From assembly GCA_039698055.1 (NCBI GenBank), contig JBDKTL010000024.1, positions 59,733-123,732 on the forward strand: 64,000 nucleotides of DNA. The letters run 5' to 3'. This DNA is from Methanoregula sp. (GTDB taxonomy: Archaea; Halobacteriota; Methanomicrobia; Methanomicrobiales; Methanospirillaceae). Shown in pieces: positions 29,324-40,116 of this stretch (positions are counted from its first letter, which is position 1; each line of letters starts with the position of its first letter). The translations under genes were made by a program, and so were the position numbers. The notes under the pieces were generated by a model that saw only the letters and a program-made list of their open reading frames with translations, made no database searches and had not been told where the DNA came from.

Positions 29324-29687
29324 ATATTTTTTTCCCGATTAAAAACTGGTGAGAGCCAGATTCCCTTTTTTTGGCAATCCACATCCAGTTCAGGCTCAAC
29401 ATATTCGCAGGGATGTCGATACGGTATATCGTTGTCAAAATCTTCAAAACCCCAAAACAGGCTTTTTTACTTTACGGGTAGTGTAGTCCAATCAAACCGG
29501 AGATCAGCCATCCAATGGGCATAATCGGTCAAAACGGTATAATATCACCAACGATGGAGAGTCGATCATGATACTAAAAATGACCCGCCACTGCCCGGTA
29601 AAAATTCAGCGACACAAAACCTGATGGATATATTGGGATCTTCACAACAAAGAAAACCCATGAAACACTAATACCATCAGAACAACT

Positions 29688-30167
29688 ATGACTCCGACCC
29701 CACAGGAATCAAAAAAACTGATCAGGCTCGAAACGAACAAGGGAACCATCACGATCGAACTCGATCCTCATATGCCTATCACTGCCGGCAATTTTGAAAC
29801 ACTCGTAAAAAAAGGCTACTATAACGGCGTTATCTTCCACCGCGTCATCAGTGGATTTATGCTGCAGGGAGGAGACCCGACCGGTACCGGACGCGGCGGG
29901 CCCGGCTACGCCATTAAGGATGAGTTCACCATGACCAACAGGAACAACCGGGGCACCCTTTCCATGGCAAACGCAGGCCCGAACACCGGCGGTTCACAGT
30001 TCTTCATTAACCTTGTGGACAATAATTTCCTTGACGACAAACACCCGGTCTTCGGCCATGTGGTGGAAGGCATGGACGTTGTCGACAAAATCGGCAAGGT
30101 CAAGACCGACCGTGACGACCGGCCAAAAGAACCGGTCACGATTGTCAAAGCCGTAATTGTTGAATAG
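29688..30167 (+). CDS. Cyclophilin-type PPIase, cytoplasmic
   Basis: FHRVISGFMLQGGDPTGTG and MANAGPNTGGSQFF motifs. Confidence 0.93.
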   Translation: MTPTPQESKKLIRLETNKGTITIELDPHMPITAGNFETLVKKGYYNGVIFHRVISGFMLQGGDPTGTGRGGPGYAIKDEFTMTNRNNRGTLSMANAGPNTGGSQFFINLVDNNFLDDKHPVFGHVVEGMDVVDKIGKVKTDRDDRPKEPVTIVKAVIVE

Positions 30168-30293
30168 CCACTTCACCGGTTTCTTTTTTTACCGGGTACG
30201 GGGAATGCAGGATTCTATATCCGGTACCTGACGGACTTAATAACCCGACACAGGGAACCGGCAGTTTTTTTAAGAAACATTCGGGAGACAGGA

Positions 30294-31172
30294 ATGAAAC
30301 AGGAACGTATCGTGAACGATTTCGAGCTGGAACGCCAGTCTGTTGCCGTGATAGAACGCCAGCTTGCTGGTAAAACACGGGCACAAACAATGTGGGCGCT
30401 CCTGACCGGAGACGATGAAGTCCAGACCTGCTGGCAGATGGCAAATTTCGTCGCCGCACAAAAACTCAGCATGAACGATCACGGGAGAACCCATGCGATT
30501 GTTGCGACCGCATCAGCGCTGACGATGCTGGACATCCTTTCGTTTTCTGAAGTAAAAACGGATATCATTGCCTCAGGGTACGGCGACAGCGATGATGCCG
30601 CACTCATCGTGCTCACAGCGATGCTCTGCCATGATTTCGGGAACATGATTCACCGCGAAGATCACGCGGACACAGGAATTATTCTTGTAAAGCCGATACT
30701 TGACCGGCTGCTTCCCACCATCTACCCAGACCCGGTGAAATGCACGAGGGTTAAATCATTCATCCTGTCTGCCATGTACACCCACCACGGGGAGCCCCGC
30801 CCGATCACCATAGAAGCGGCGCTTGTTTGTATCGCCGATTCAACCGATATGACCAAAGGCAGGGGCCGTGTCGCATTCGATTCCGGCAGCATCACGATTC
30901 ATTCCGTCTCTGCACTTTCCATCGAGCGCGTGGAGATCCTCAAAGGCACAGAAAAACCCATCGAGCTTAAGATCAGCATGTCGAACTCTGCCGGGATCTT
31001 TCAGGTGCAGGAAATCCTCGCACCCAAGGTTCGTGCCGGACCGCTCGCCAGTTACGTGGATGTCATCGCGATCACGGCATCGGGACAGGAAAACAGCGAA
31101 GAGAAGATCGTCACCGGGATACGGATGTGCGGTGCCAGATTTATTCCCTTCAACGAATCTCCGCCATCCTGA
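30294..31172 (+). CDS. HD-superfamily phosphohydrolase
   Basis: DHGRTH, CHDFG, THH and IADSTD motifs. Confidence 0.85.
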   Translation: MKQERIVNDFELERQSVAVIERQLAGKTRAQTMWALLTGDDEVQTCWQMANFVAAQKLSMNDHGRTHAIVATASALTMLDILSFSEVKTDIIASGYGDSDDAALIVLTAMLCHDFGNMIHREDHADTGIILVKPILDRLLPTIYPDPVKCTRVKSFILSAMYTHHGEPRPITIEAALVCIADSTDMTKGRGRVAFDSGSITIHSVSALSIERVEILKGTEKPIELKISMSNSAGIFQVQEILAPKVRAGPLASYVDVIAITASGQENSEEKIVTGIRMCGARFIPFNESPPS

Positions 31173-31302
31173 AAAGTCACTACAGACCCGGCCACAACAC
31201 ATGACTGGGAACTGCCCGTCCCCCGGCACTATTGGGTGCTATTGAGGAGTATATCGAAAATAATGAAATGAGAGCAGGGATAAAAACCTTGATTATCAGG
31301 AG

Positions 31303-31662
31303 ATGCACTGCTGCATGAAAACAAAATTCGGCTGGGTCGAGATTGACAGCATACGGTACGATTACGATGTGATCATCCATGCAGACCGAACCGTCACTAA
31401 AAGGTCCAAAAAACCCTCAAAAAAACTCAAAAAGACCTATGGGCACACACCCCTTTCCGAACACGAACTTGAATTTCTTGAAGCCGAGCACCCGGATTGT
31501 GTTTATATCGGGACCGGCCAGTACGGGGATCTTCCGATCACCCCGGAAGCAATGGCGCTGCTGGAACAACACGATCTGATTATCCGGCCAACACCCATTA
31601 TCATGGATCTCATCGATGAGGACTGTCGCCATTTTGTTGCGCTGATACATGTTTCCTGCTGA
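31303..31662 (+). CDS. Mth938-like domain protein
   Basis: FGWVEID, VYIGTGQYG and C-terminal ALIHVSC. Confidence 0.8.
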   Translation: MHCCMKTKFGWVEIDSIRYDYDVIIHADRTVTKRSKKPSKKLKKTYGHTPLSEHELEFLEAEHPDCVYIGTGQYGDLPITPEAMALLEQHDLIIRPTPIIMDLIDEDCRHFVALIHVSC

Positions 31663-31690
31663 TGCAGGATATCACCCCTCAATTTTTTTA

Positions 31691-32203
31691 TTAGTTCTTT
31701 TTTTCACGGGACACGTGCGGGGGGAGCGTGTCGATAAACGTTGTAAGCGCAATTTGTGCCTGCCGACGGTCCTTTGCTGACACCAACCACACGGGAACCG
31801 CCCCGAACTGCTGTTGTAATCCTTTTGTTTTTGTTCCGTCAGGATGATCTGTTTTATTGAGCATTACCACAAAAGGAATGCCTGATCCCACGAGTGATGA
31901 GAACATGGCGCAGATAAATTCATCAACTTCTGCGGTTGCATCGACAAGCAGGACGGCGCCATCCATCCCGGTACCGATGATCTTCCGGGCAAACTCAAAC
32001 CGCTCCTGCCCAGGAGTTCCGTACAGGTACACCCGCCGCTCCCCGAGCTGCACCCGCCCGTAATCAAGCGCAATCGTGGTGCTGCCTTTTACCGGGCAGT
32101 CCGCTTCGATATGTTTTGCCTGCGGATCGAGCGTCTGGATAAGGGTGGATTTTCCTGCGCCAAAAGCACCAAAAATGACAATCTTGAATTTTTCTTCTAC
32201 CAT
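31691..32203 (-). CDS. Small GTPase, MglA-like
   Basis: GAFGAGKST, TTIALDYG, YGTPGQERF, NKTD and SAK motifs. Confidence 0.85.
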   Translation of the reverse strand: MVEEKFKIVIFGAFGAGKSTLIQTLDPQAKHIEADCPVKGSTTIALDYGRVQLGERRVYLYGTPGQERFEFARKIIGTGMDGAVLLVDATAEVDEFICAMFSSLVGSGIPFVVMLNKTDHPDGTKTKGLQQQFGAVPVWLVSAKDRRQAQIALTTFIDTLPPHVSREKKN

Positions 32204-32317
32204 TACGTTACCTTTTCATCCGGCGCACATTACCATTTCGGTTATATGCGACGGTGAACGGATGGGGATAGCACAACCGGACCGTTCCGGTAAAAAAATC
32301 AAACCAAAAAATGGGTA

Positions 32318-34513
32318 TTATGCCGACAGATAATCGGCGGGTGTCGGGAGCTGTTCTTTGAGCCCTTTGCGCTTGCGGATTGCGAGCACGACTTCCTTTA
32401 CCATGTTGTTTGGCACGAGCTCGAAACCGGCAAACTCGGTGTTCCACATCGCACGACCTTCAGTCGCGGACCGGATATCACCGGCAAAACCGAAGAGCTC
32501 GGCAACAGGTGCTTTGCCGACAACCGTGATGGTGTCTCCTTCACTCTGCATATCGAACACCTGACCACGTCGTCCCTGAATCTGGGAAGTTGCGGCACCC
32601 ATCTGGTCCATCGGGACGGTGATCTGGATCCTCTGGACAGGTTCAAGGAGCGAGTCTCCTGCAAGGAGCAAGCCGGCCTTGATAGCGCTGCGGGCTGCCG
32701 GGATGACCTGAGCCGGGCCACGGTGGATTGCATCTTCATGCAGCTTGACATCGACAAGACGCATCTTGAGGTTCTGGACAGGCTCATCAGCGAGCGGACC
32801 ACCAGCCAGCGCTTCGTGGATACCCTCAAGTACCAGTTCCATCGTTTCGTTGAGGTACTGGATACCTTTGGTCATATCGATGAGCATATTCGTGCCCTTG
32901 ATATCTCTGACATTCTTGGCCTCATCCTTGTCCATGCCGGCCTTCATGAGAATATCACGGCGCTCGAGCATCGGCTGGTTCATCGAAACTTCACCGCGCT
33001 TGATGAGATCTACAATATCATCCGACATCGGTTCAAGATCGAAGTAGAACCGGTTGTGGCGGTTCGGGGATTTTCCTTCAACGGCTTCCACTTTGCCGGT
33101 GACAGTTTCACGGTAGACCACAATCGGTTCCGATGTAATGATCTCAACACCCTTGTCACGCTTGATACGCCCTGTGACGATCTCAAGGTGGAGCTCACCC
33201 ATACCGGAGATCAGGTGCTCACCGGTCTCTTCGTTGATGGCAATTCCAAGTGTCGGGTCTTCCTTTGCCACCTGCCGCAGCACTTCAACCAGCTTTGGCA
33301 GGTCTTTCATGTTTTTTGCCTCAACGGCAACCGTCATGACCGGCTCACTGTAATGCTTGAGCGACTCAAACGGCGTCATTTCCATGAGGTTGGTGACCGT
33401 GGATCCGACGATCGCGTCCCGAAGACCGGTAACCGCGGCGATGTTGCCACCGACAATTTCCTCAACTTCGACACGCTTTGGCCCCATGAAAATACCGACC
33501 TGCTGGAGACGGTTCTCCTTCAGTGCCGAGCCCATCACATAGAGCGTATCGCCACGCTTGAGGCTGCCGGAAAACAGACGCCCGGTAGCGACTTCGCCAG
33601 CGTGGGGATCAAAGGAGATATCTGTAACCATCAGGCCAACAGGACCATTCGGGTCGCAGGCAACCATCGCCTTTCCTTCCTTGGATTCCTTGTCCCCATG
33701 CCAGATAACGGGAATACGGCGCTTCTGTGCTTCGAGCGGGTTTGGCAGCTGGTGAACCACGATATCCAGAAGAACTTCCGAGAGCGGGCTGTTCTTTGCC
33801 AGGAATTTCATATCACCGGCACGGCACTTGTCGTACACAATCTTGAACGAGATCCCGCTCTTTTTCATGAACGGGACGGATACCGCCCAGTTATAGAGCG
33901 CTGATCCAAAGGCAACAGTACCCAGACCTGCGTCAAGTTTCCAGCCGTTGTTGTAGGCTTCCTCGTTCATACCCTTGATCAGCTTGTTGACCTTGTCGAT
34001 CACTTTACCAAGCCGGATCTGCATCTCCATGTCATCGACTTTCAGCTCGTTAATGAGCCGGTCGACCTTGTTGATAAAGAGAACAGGGCGGACACCCTCC
34101 TTGAGTGCCTGGCGAAGCACGGTCTCTGTCTGGGGCATGGTGCCTTCAACCGCATCAACGAGCACGACTGCACCGTCAACCGCACGCATGGCACGCGTCA
34201 CATCGCCACCGAAATCGACGTGCCCCGGTGTATCGATCATGTTGATGAGGTAATCCTGCCCCTCATACTCGTGCACCATCGAGACGTTGCTTGCATCGAT
34301 GGTGATACCCCGTGCCTGCTCTTCTGCATCAGAGTCCATGAAGAGCTGCCTGCCTGCAAGCTCTTCTGAAATGATACCGGCACCTGCAAGCAGGTTGTCC
34401 GACAGGGTGGTCTTACCGTGATCGATGTGTGCTACAATACCGATGTTCCGAATGTGCTTCGGATCCTTCATGAGCTCGACTACGCGCTCAACCGTTTTTT
34501 TGCCGCGTGACAT
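32318..34513 (-). CDS. fusA: Elongation factor aEF-2
   Basis: [26 protein letters not shown] and the diphthamide loop [11 protein letters not shown]. Confidence 0.98.
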   Translation of the reverse strand: MSRGKKTVERVVELMKDPKHIRNIGIVAHIDHGKTTLSDNLLAGAGIISEELAGRQLFMDSDAEEQARGITIDASNVSMVHEYEGQDYLINMIDTPGHVDFGGDVTRAMRAVDGAVVLVDAVEGTMPQTETVLRQALKEGVRPVLFINKVDRLINELKVDDMEMQIRLGKVIDKVNKLIKGMNEEAYNNGWKLDAGLGTVAFGSALYNWAVSVPFMKKSGISFKIVYDKCRAGDMKFLAKNSPLSEVLLDIVVHQLPNPLEAQKRRIPVIWHGDKESKEGKAMVACDPNGPVGLMVTDISFDPHAGEVATGRLFSGSLKRGDTLYVMGSALKENRLQQVGIFMGPKRVEVEEIVGGNIAAVTGLRDAIVGSTVTNLMEMTPFESLKHYSEPVMTVAVEAKNMKDLPKLVEVLRQVAKEDPTLGIAINEETGEHLISGMGELHLEIVTGRIKRDKGVEIITSEPIVVYRETVTGKVEAVEGKSPNRHNRFYFDLEPMSDDIVDLIKRGEVSMNQPMLERRDILMKAGMDKDEAKNVRDIKGTNMLIDMTKGIQYLNETMELVLEGIHEALAGGPLADEPVQNLKMRLVDVKLHEDAIHRGPAQVIPAARSAIKAGLLLAGDSLLEPVQRIQITVPMDQMGAATSQIQGRRGQVFDMQSEGDTITVVGKAPVAELFGFAGDIRSATEGRAMWNTEFAGFELVPNNMVKEVVLAIRKRKGLKEQLPTPADYLSA

Positions 34514-34540
34514 GAAATAACCTCAAAAAAAGATGATTGT

Positions 34541-35131
34541 TTACCGGGCGGACTTTGCAATGCGCTCGCGTTCTTCCTTTTTACCAACCGAGAAACATTT
34601 CGCGTCGCCTTTTGAAGCAGAGATCAGCTCGTCGGCAAGGATCGCACTCGCCGATTTCTTGCTTGAGCGGGATGCCTTCAGGGTTGCTTCCGCAATAAAT
34701 CCAATTGCGGTATCAACACGGCGCAGCGGTGCGGTATCGACAGACTTGGGGACATTGATACCACCGTATTTCAAACGGACGGTCTCTTCACGGGGACCGG
34801 TATTAGCGATAGCCTCGACAAGTACTTCAACGGGGTTTCTCTTGGTCTTTTTATTGATAATTTCGAATGCATCCCGCACGATCCGTATTGCCAGCTGCTT
34901 CTTGCCGGTGTTATTCTCGGTCTGCATCAGTTTGTTGATGAGGCGCTCAACGATCGGCATGTTTGCCTTATTGAATTCCTGGCGGGAGAATTTACCGCAG
35001 GAATGGGGGATAATGAGCGCGGACAGGTTCACGTACCGGATAAGGCCGGGGTCGACAACCTTGACTTCAGATACATCCCACTTGTTGAACAACAGTTTCT
35101 TTGTTCCAATTTTTGCTTCGGGTTCTGCCAT
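34541..35131 (-). CDS. rps7: 30S ribosomal protein S7
   Basis: NTGPREET...SVDTAPLRR...ERERIAKSAR. Confidence 0.96.
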   Translation of the reverse strand: MAEPEAKIGTKKLLFNKWDVSEVKVVDPGLIRYVNLSALIIPHSCGKFSRQEFNKANMPIVERLINKLMQTENNTGKKQLAIRIVRDAFEIINKKTKRNPVEVLVEAIANTGPREETVRLKYGGINVPKSVDTAPLRRVDTAIGFIAEATLKASRSSKKSASAILADELISASKGDAKCFSVGKKEERERIAKSAR

Positions 35132-35136
35132 ACAGA

Positions 35137-35565
35137 TCACCTGCGCGGTTTCTCTTTCCTGCCAATAACCATCTCATGAAGGCAGACATTGTTCACTTTG
35201 GTAACGACGTACCGGACACCGGGTATATCACCCATTGACCGGCCGAGACGGCCGCCGATGCCTTCGATTTCCACATCGTCGTGTTCGTCAATGAAGTTGA
35301 TCGCACCGTCGCCAACCGCAAAAGCGGTAACCTGACGGCCGTTCTTGATTAACTGCACACGTACACATTTCCGGATAGCGGAGTTAGGCTGTTTGGCCTC
35401 AACACCGACCTTCTCAAGAACGATACCTCTCGCTTGTGGAGCTCCTTCAAGAGGATCTGACTTCACATCGAGGTTGAGCTCACGGCGTGCGTAATTCTTG
35501 TCGCTCCACCGGAACTTTTTTGAGTCCCGAACCATTTTCCTGGCTGCAAATTTACCCTGTCCCAT
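35137..35565 (-). CDS. rps12: 30S ribosomal protein S12
   Basis: [12 protein letters not shown] and GDIPGVRY motifs. Confidence 0.97.
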   Translation of the reverse strand: MGQGKFAARKMVRDSKKFRWSDKNYARRELNLDVKSDPLEGAPQARGIVLEKVGVEAKQPNSAIRKCVRVQLIKNGRQVTAFAVGDGAINFIDEHDDVEIEGIGGRLGRSMGDIPGVRYVVTKVNNVCLHEMVIGRKEKPRR

Positions 35566-35729
35566 TAAAGAGCCTCATTTTAGTCGTTTTTGTGGTTATC
35601 GATAACCCACACTGAGATATATACTAAAGCGGGTAATCGATTTATAAATTGTGGCATCCCACGTGCCTGTCTTATACTATTATCCCTCACTCATAATAAT
35701 ATTATATCCCGCGCGGCCAATATGTTACG

Positions 35730-36161
35730 ATGAAAGTCGCGATCTATAAAGAGGTGCAGATCGATGCAAGTCACCGGCTGCTCCATTACCAAGGAAAATG
35801 CGCCAATCTCCACGGACACCGCTGGAAGGTGGAAGTGTGGATCGAAGGCGAGCCCGACGCGACCACGGGTATCCTGATTGACTACAACACGATCAAACAA
35901 ATCATTGGCCGGTTCGATCACCAGATTATTTTAAACCGCGATGACCCGATGGTTCCCTGCATCGAAAAATTCCAGCATGTCATGACAACTCCAGGAGATC
36001 CCACGAGCGAACTTCTCGCGGCTGTTTTCAGCGAGGATTTAAACAAGGCTTGTAAAACACAGGGCATCAACGCAAAGGTTACGAAGATCCGTGTCTGGGA
36101 ATCGCCCAACTGCTACGCTGAGCTTGAGTCGCCTGCCGATTATGCCAGGCCTGCAGAATGA
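35730..36161 (+). CDS. queD: 6-carboxytetrahydropterin synthase
   Basis: ASHRL...CANLHGH, FDH, PTSE and VWES motifs. Confidence 0.9.
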   Translation: MKVAIYKEVQIDASHRLLHYQGKCANLHGHRWKVEVWIEGEPDATTGILIDYNTIKQIIGRFDHQIILNRDDPMVPCIEKFQHVMTTPGDPTSELLAAVFSEDLNKACKTQGINAKVTKIRVWESPNCYAELESPADYARPAE

Positions 36162-36766
36162 AGATCGCGGAAATTTTCTGGAGCCTCCAAGGGGAGGGAA
36201 GAAACCAGGGGCGCCCGTGCCTTTTTATCCGGCTGGCCGGCTGCAACCTGCACTGCCGATGGTGCGACACACCGGCCGCGCAGGAGAATGGCACCGGGAT
36301 GAGTCTTGATACTATTCTTGAACAGGTGTGGAGGCTGAACCCCGCGTATGTCTGCATAACGGGAGGGGAACCACTCCTCCAGGGGGACGATCTCGAACTG
36401 CTGCTTTCCTCTCTTTCCCGTCGCGGAACAACAATCGACATTGAAACAAACGGTACTATCGATTTTACCCGGTTCCAGCCGTACGCGTCAATATGCATGG
36501 ATGTAAAATGCCCGTCATCCGGGGAGCAGAGCGACGTAACGTTGCTGCCTGCGATCCGCCCACAGGACAGCGTGAAGTTTGTCGTTAATGATGTAGCGGA
36601 TTGCCGGTATGCTCAGGAGATCATGGAATCACACCGGATTGTCGGGGAAATCTTTTTTTCTCCGGTCTTTGGCAGCGATTATCAGCAGATCACCCACTAT
36701 GTCCTATCAAACAATCTTCCGGTCAGGTTCCAAATCCAGCTGCATAAAATTCTTGGAGTGAAATGA
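36158..36766 (+). CDS. queE: 7-carboxy-7-deazaguanine synthase (radical SAM)
   Basis: [25 protein letters not shown] and QLHK motifs. Confidence 0.92.
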   Translation: MKIAEIFWSLQGEGRNQGRPCLFIRLAGCNLHCRWCDTPAAQENGTGMSLDTILEQVWRLNPAYVCITGGEPLLQGDDLELLLSSLSRRGTTIDIETNGTIDFTRFQPYASICMDVKCPSSGEQSDVTLLPAIRPQDSVKFVVNDVADCRYAQEIMESHRIVGEIFFSPVFGSDYQQITHYVLSNNLPVRFQIQLHKILGVK

Positions 36767-37431
36767 TGAAAGCGGTATGTTTATTATCCGGTGGCATGGA
36801 TTCATCGACGCTTGCATACCTTGCAAAAAGCAGAGGTTACGATATTCTTGCCCTGCACCTGAACTATGGGCAGCGGACACAGAACAAGGAACTTTTGTGT
36901 GCAAAAAAAATTGCCAGCCTACTTGGCGCGCAGGAATTTGTTGATGTGGATGTCGGGTATTTTTCAACATTCGGGGCAAGCAGCCTTACCGATAAACAGA
37001 TCCCGGTCGACCGGTTCGATCCTGCCCGGCCACATCTCCCCAACACCTATGTCCCGTTCCGGAACGCAAACCTGCTTTCGATTGCCACCAGTTTTGCCGA
37101 GGCCCAAAAAGCCCAAGCAATATTCATCGGTGTGCAGACACTGGACTACAGCGGGTACCCGGACTGCCGGTCGCAGTTTATTGAAGCATTCCAGAGAGTG
37201 ATTGATCTTGGGACGCAGGACCACACTAATATTGAACTGGTCACGCCTTTTATTCATTTTACAAAAACTGACATCCTCCGAGAAGGTTTGCGGCTCCACG
37301 TACCCTACAAGTTCACCTGGTCCTGCTACCAGAACGAGAAAACAGCGTGCGGCAAATGCGGTTCGTGCCATTTCCGCCGGGAAGCATTCCTGTCACTGGG
37401 AATGGCAGATCCGATCCCTTACGAGGTATAA
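36763..37431 (+). CDS. queC: 7-cyano-7-deazaguanine synthase
   Basis: SGGMDS, YVPFRN, YPDCR and SCY...CGKCGSC motifs. Confidence 0.95.
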   Translation: MMKAVCLLSGGMDSSTLAYLAKSRGYDILALHLNYGQRTQNKELLCAKKIASLLGAQEFVDVDVGYFSTFGASSLTDKQIPVDRFDPARPHLPNTYVPFRNANLLSIATSFAEAQKAQAIFIGVQTLDYSGYPDCRSQFIEAFQRVIDLGTQDHTNIELVTPFIHFTKTDILREGLRLHVPYKFTWSCYQNEKTACGKCGSCHFRREAFLSLGMADPIPYEV

Positions 37432-37929
37432 ATGGAGATATATCGCGGCAGTCGGGTCTGGATTGAACGCATTCCAGTCAGTCTACCGAATGGAATTACG
37501 AGTGAGAAAGTGATCGTCCACCCAGGAAATGCGGTAACGATCCTGCCAGTCAAAGGAGACCGGTTCATACTGCTAAGGCAATACCGGTACGCAATAGGGC
37601 AGTATATCTATGAAGCCCCGGCAGGAACAATGGAAGAGGGTGAAGACCCGATCAGAACCGCACATCGCGAATTGATTGAGGAGTCCGGGTTTGCGGCAAA
37701 AACGATGGCGCCAAAAGGTTTCATCTACACCACCCCGGGTTATACCGATGAGAAGATTTACCTTTTTATCGCCAGCGACCTTACACCTTCACAGGAATAT
37801 GGGAAGGATGAGGACGAGGTCATCGAGGTTGTCGATGTTTCCTTAAACGATGTTGCAACGATGATCCGTGATGGTAGGATCTGCGATGCAAAGACAATCT
37901 GCCTGATCTATAGATATATGGAGGGATAG
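37432..37929 (+). CDS. Nudix hydrolase (ADP-ribose pyrophosphatase-like)
   Basis: EAPAGTMEEGEDPIRTAHRELIEESG Nudix box; TPGYTDE; DAKT. Confidence 0.85.
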   Translation: MEIYRGSRVWIERIPVSLPNGITSEKVIVHPGNAVTILPVKGDRFILLRQYRYAIGQYIYEAPAGTMEEGEDPIRTAHRELIEESGFAAKTMAPKGFIYTTPGYTDEKIYLFIASDLTPSQEYGKDEDEVIEVVDVSLNDVATMIRDGRICDAKTICLIYRYMEG

Positions 37930-38805
37930 ATGAGATTACTGTTGCTTTTCGGGAGTATTCTCGTGCTGCTGGCCGCAATTGCCGGCTGTATGGGAACACC
38001 GGCTTCCTCATCATACTCAGTCGACAAAAATGGCGTACTTTCGGTTATTTGTGGGCCGGTAACTACCACTGAAACCGTGATTATTGCCAATGAGACCTAT
38101 ACCAAATCAAAGATCGTCATGCACACCAGCAGCGGAGATGTGGTCTGTTACCTTGCTACACCAATAGAGCCAAAAGCAATAATTGTCTATGCACCCGGTG
38201 CCGGAGAGAAACTTACCGGGCATGAGGAGCGGATGGTGAGGTTTGCAACGGCCGGGTATGCATTCCTCTTTGTCGACACCCGTGGAAACGGCGCAGAAAC
38301 ACCGGGGTACTCGTTTAATCCCCAGCTGGATTACGACCTGTACACAAAAGGCCAATGGCCGCAGGCATACGAAATCGTCTGCGATCTGGACTCGTTCCAA
38401 CGCCTGCTCGCGGACAGGTTCAAGGTGCCGGTCTATGCGATGGGCTCCAGCAACGGGGGACGCTATGCCGCAATCGCAGCAGCAACGGATCCGGCATTTG
38501 CAGGCTATGTCGGCATATCGACATCGGGTTTTGGCATGGTTGGCAATCAGTATACCGGGGATGCACGAAAACTGGTGCTTTCAGAAGATCCAGATAATTA
38601 CATCGGCAGGATTGCACCGAGGTCGGTCTGGATTATGCATGCCAAAGACGATCCAATCATCCCATTTGCTGACGGAGAACAATTCTTCAGGAATGCAAAC
38701 GAGCCAAAAACCTTCATTGAATTTTCCGGAGGCCACGGTATCAATGGAGATTCGGATGCACATATTATAGCAGAATGGGCGCAAATTTATGGTATGCGAG
38801 TGTGA
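37930..38805 (+). CDS. Alpha/beta-hydrolase, predicted lipoprotein
   Basis: Lipobox IAGC, GSSNGG nucleophile elbow, HAKDDP and GGHG. Confidence 0.8.
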   Translation: MRLLLLFGSILVLLAAIAGCMGTPASSSYSVDKNGVLSVICGPVTTTETVIIANETYTKSKIVMHTSSGDVVCYLATPIEPKAIIVYAPGAGEKLTGHEERMVRFATAGYAFLFVDTRGNGAETPGYSFNPQLDYDLYTKGQWPQAYEIVCDLDSFQRLLADRFKVPVYAMGSSNGGRYAAIAAATDPAFAGYVGISTSGFGMVGNQYTGDARKLVLSEDPDNYIGRIAPRSVWIMHAKDDPIIPFADGEQFFRNANEPKTFIEFSGGHGINGDSDAHIIAEWAQIYGMRV

Positions 38806-38844
38806 ATAGGATATAGCTTTACAAAAAGAGGTTGAAGAGCGGTA

Positions 38845-40116
38845 ATGACAGAACCCGTGGAGATGGATGATGCGCGCAAGCGCTATGATTTCAAAAAGAC
38901 GCTCGAAAAACTCGAGTCGCAGCAGGGAGACGGAACGGAGCTTATCACGCTCTACATCCCGCCCGACAAGCAGATCTACGATGTAACAAACCAGTTAAAA
39001 GACGAGTTCGGGCAGTGTGCAAACATTAAGAGTAAGCAGACGCGCACCAATGTCCAGAGCGCCATTTCATCCATCCTCGCACGGCTCAAGTATTACAAAC
39101 GCCCACCGGAAAAAGGCATGGCCGTCTTTTGCGGCACGATCAAACTCTACGGTGACCGGACCGATCTCCAGTGCACGGTCATCGAACCCCCGGAACCGCT
39201 CAACCTCTATATGTACCGGTGCAGCTCCGGCTTCGAGCTGGAACCTCTCAAGCAGATGCTTGAAGAGAAGTACGTGTACGGCCTGCTCGTCCTAGACAAG
39301 CGCGAAGCGTACTGGGGATTTTTACGGGGCAACCGGATCGAACCGATGGGGGGGGCGAACTCAACGGTGCCGGGAAAAATGAGAAAAGGTGGTCAATCAG
39401 CAGCCCGGTTCGGGCGTCTGCGTGAGATCGCCATTGACGAATTTTATACAAAAGTCGGCGAACGGGCAAGCGCAATTTTCCTTGCCGAAAAAGATTTTTT
39501 TGTGCGGTTCAAAGGAGTTCTCATCGGGGGGCCAAGCCCGACAAAAGAGGAGTTTGAAAAAGGGAATTATCTCCATCACGAAGTTCAGAAACGCATCGTC
39601 GGGCTCTTTGACGTTGCCTATACAAATGAGGACGGTCTGCCTGAACTGGTCGACGCGGCAAAGGACGCACTCTCCGGGATGGCGGTCATCAAGGAGAAGT
39701 CGTTCATGGACCGGTTCTTAAAAGAACTGATCAAGGACAACGGGCTGGCTGCATATGGAGAGGAGAGCATCCGGAAAAACCTTGAACTTGGTGCAGTTGA
39801 CATCCTCCTCCTGTCAAGCAACCTCCGCAAATCCCGGCTCAAAATTAAATGCCAGAGCTGCGGATATACCGAAGAAAAGACCGTAAACATTGAACCAGGC
39901 AAAACCGTCCGGGACATTGCTCTTGGCGCTTGCCCGAAATGCACATCTCCGCTTATTCTTGAAGAGGAAGTGGATATAATTGACGAACTGGCAAAACTTG
40001 CCGACCAGAGCAGCGCAAAAGTGGAGATCATCTCCGATGACTTCGAAGAGGGTTCAATCCTCTACACAGCATTCGGAGGTATTGCAGCAATCCTGCGGTA
40101 CAGGACGGGATCCTGA
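38845..40116 (+). CDS. prf1: Peptide chain release factor aRF1
   Basis: NIKS, YRC, GGQS and FGGIAAILRY motifs; CQSC/CPKC mini-domain. Confidence 0.97.
   Translation: MTEPVEMDDARKRYDFKKTLEKLESQQGDGTELITLYIPPDKQIYDVTNQLKDEFGQCANIKSKQTRTNVQSAISSILARLKYYKRPPEKGMAVFCGTIKLYGDRTDLQCTVIEPPEPLNLYMYRCSSGFELEPLKQMLEEKYVYGLLVLDKREAYWGFLRGNRIEPMGGANSTVPGKMRKGGQSAARFGRLREIAIDEFYTKVGERASAIFLAEKDFFVRFKGVLIGGPSPTKEEFEKGNYLHHEVQKRIVGLFDVAYTNEDGLPELVDAAKDALSGMAVIKEKSFMDRFLKELIKDNGLAAYGEESIRKNLELGAVDILLLSSNLRKSRLKIKCQSCGYTEEKTVNIEPGKTVRDIALGACPKCTSPLILEEEVDIIDELAKLADQSSAKVEIISDDFEEGSILYTAFGGIAAILRYRTGS

Noticed and set aside
32723-33904. 393-aa plus-strand ORF
   Set aside because: It is an antisense shadow of the highly biased EF-2 gene.
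35730-37431. Dpd DNA 7-deazaguanine modification system
   Set aside because: There is no dpdA/TGT-like or dpdB-K gene, and the context is tRNA/translation genes, so archaeosine synthesis is the simpler explanation.
39850-39945. Zn-ribbon in aRF1 as a novelty
   Set aside because: A CxxC...CxxC mini-domain is common in archaeal aRF1.
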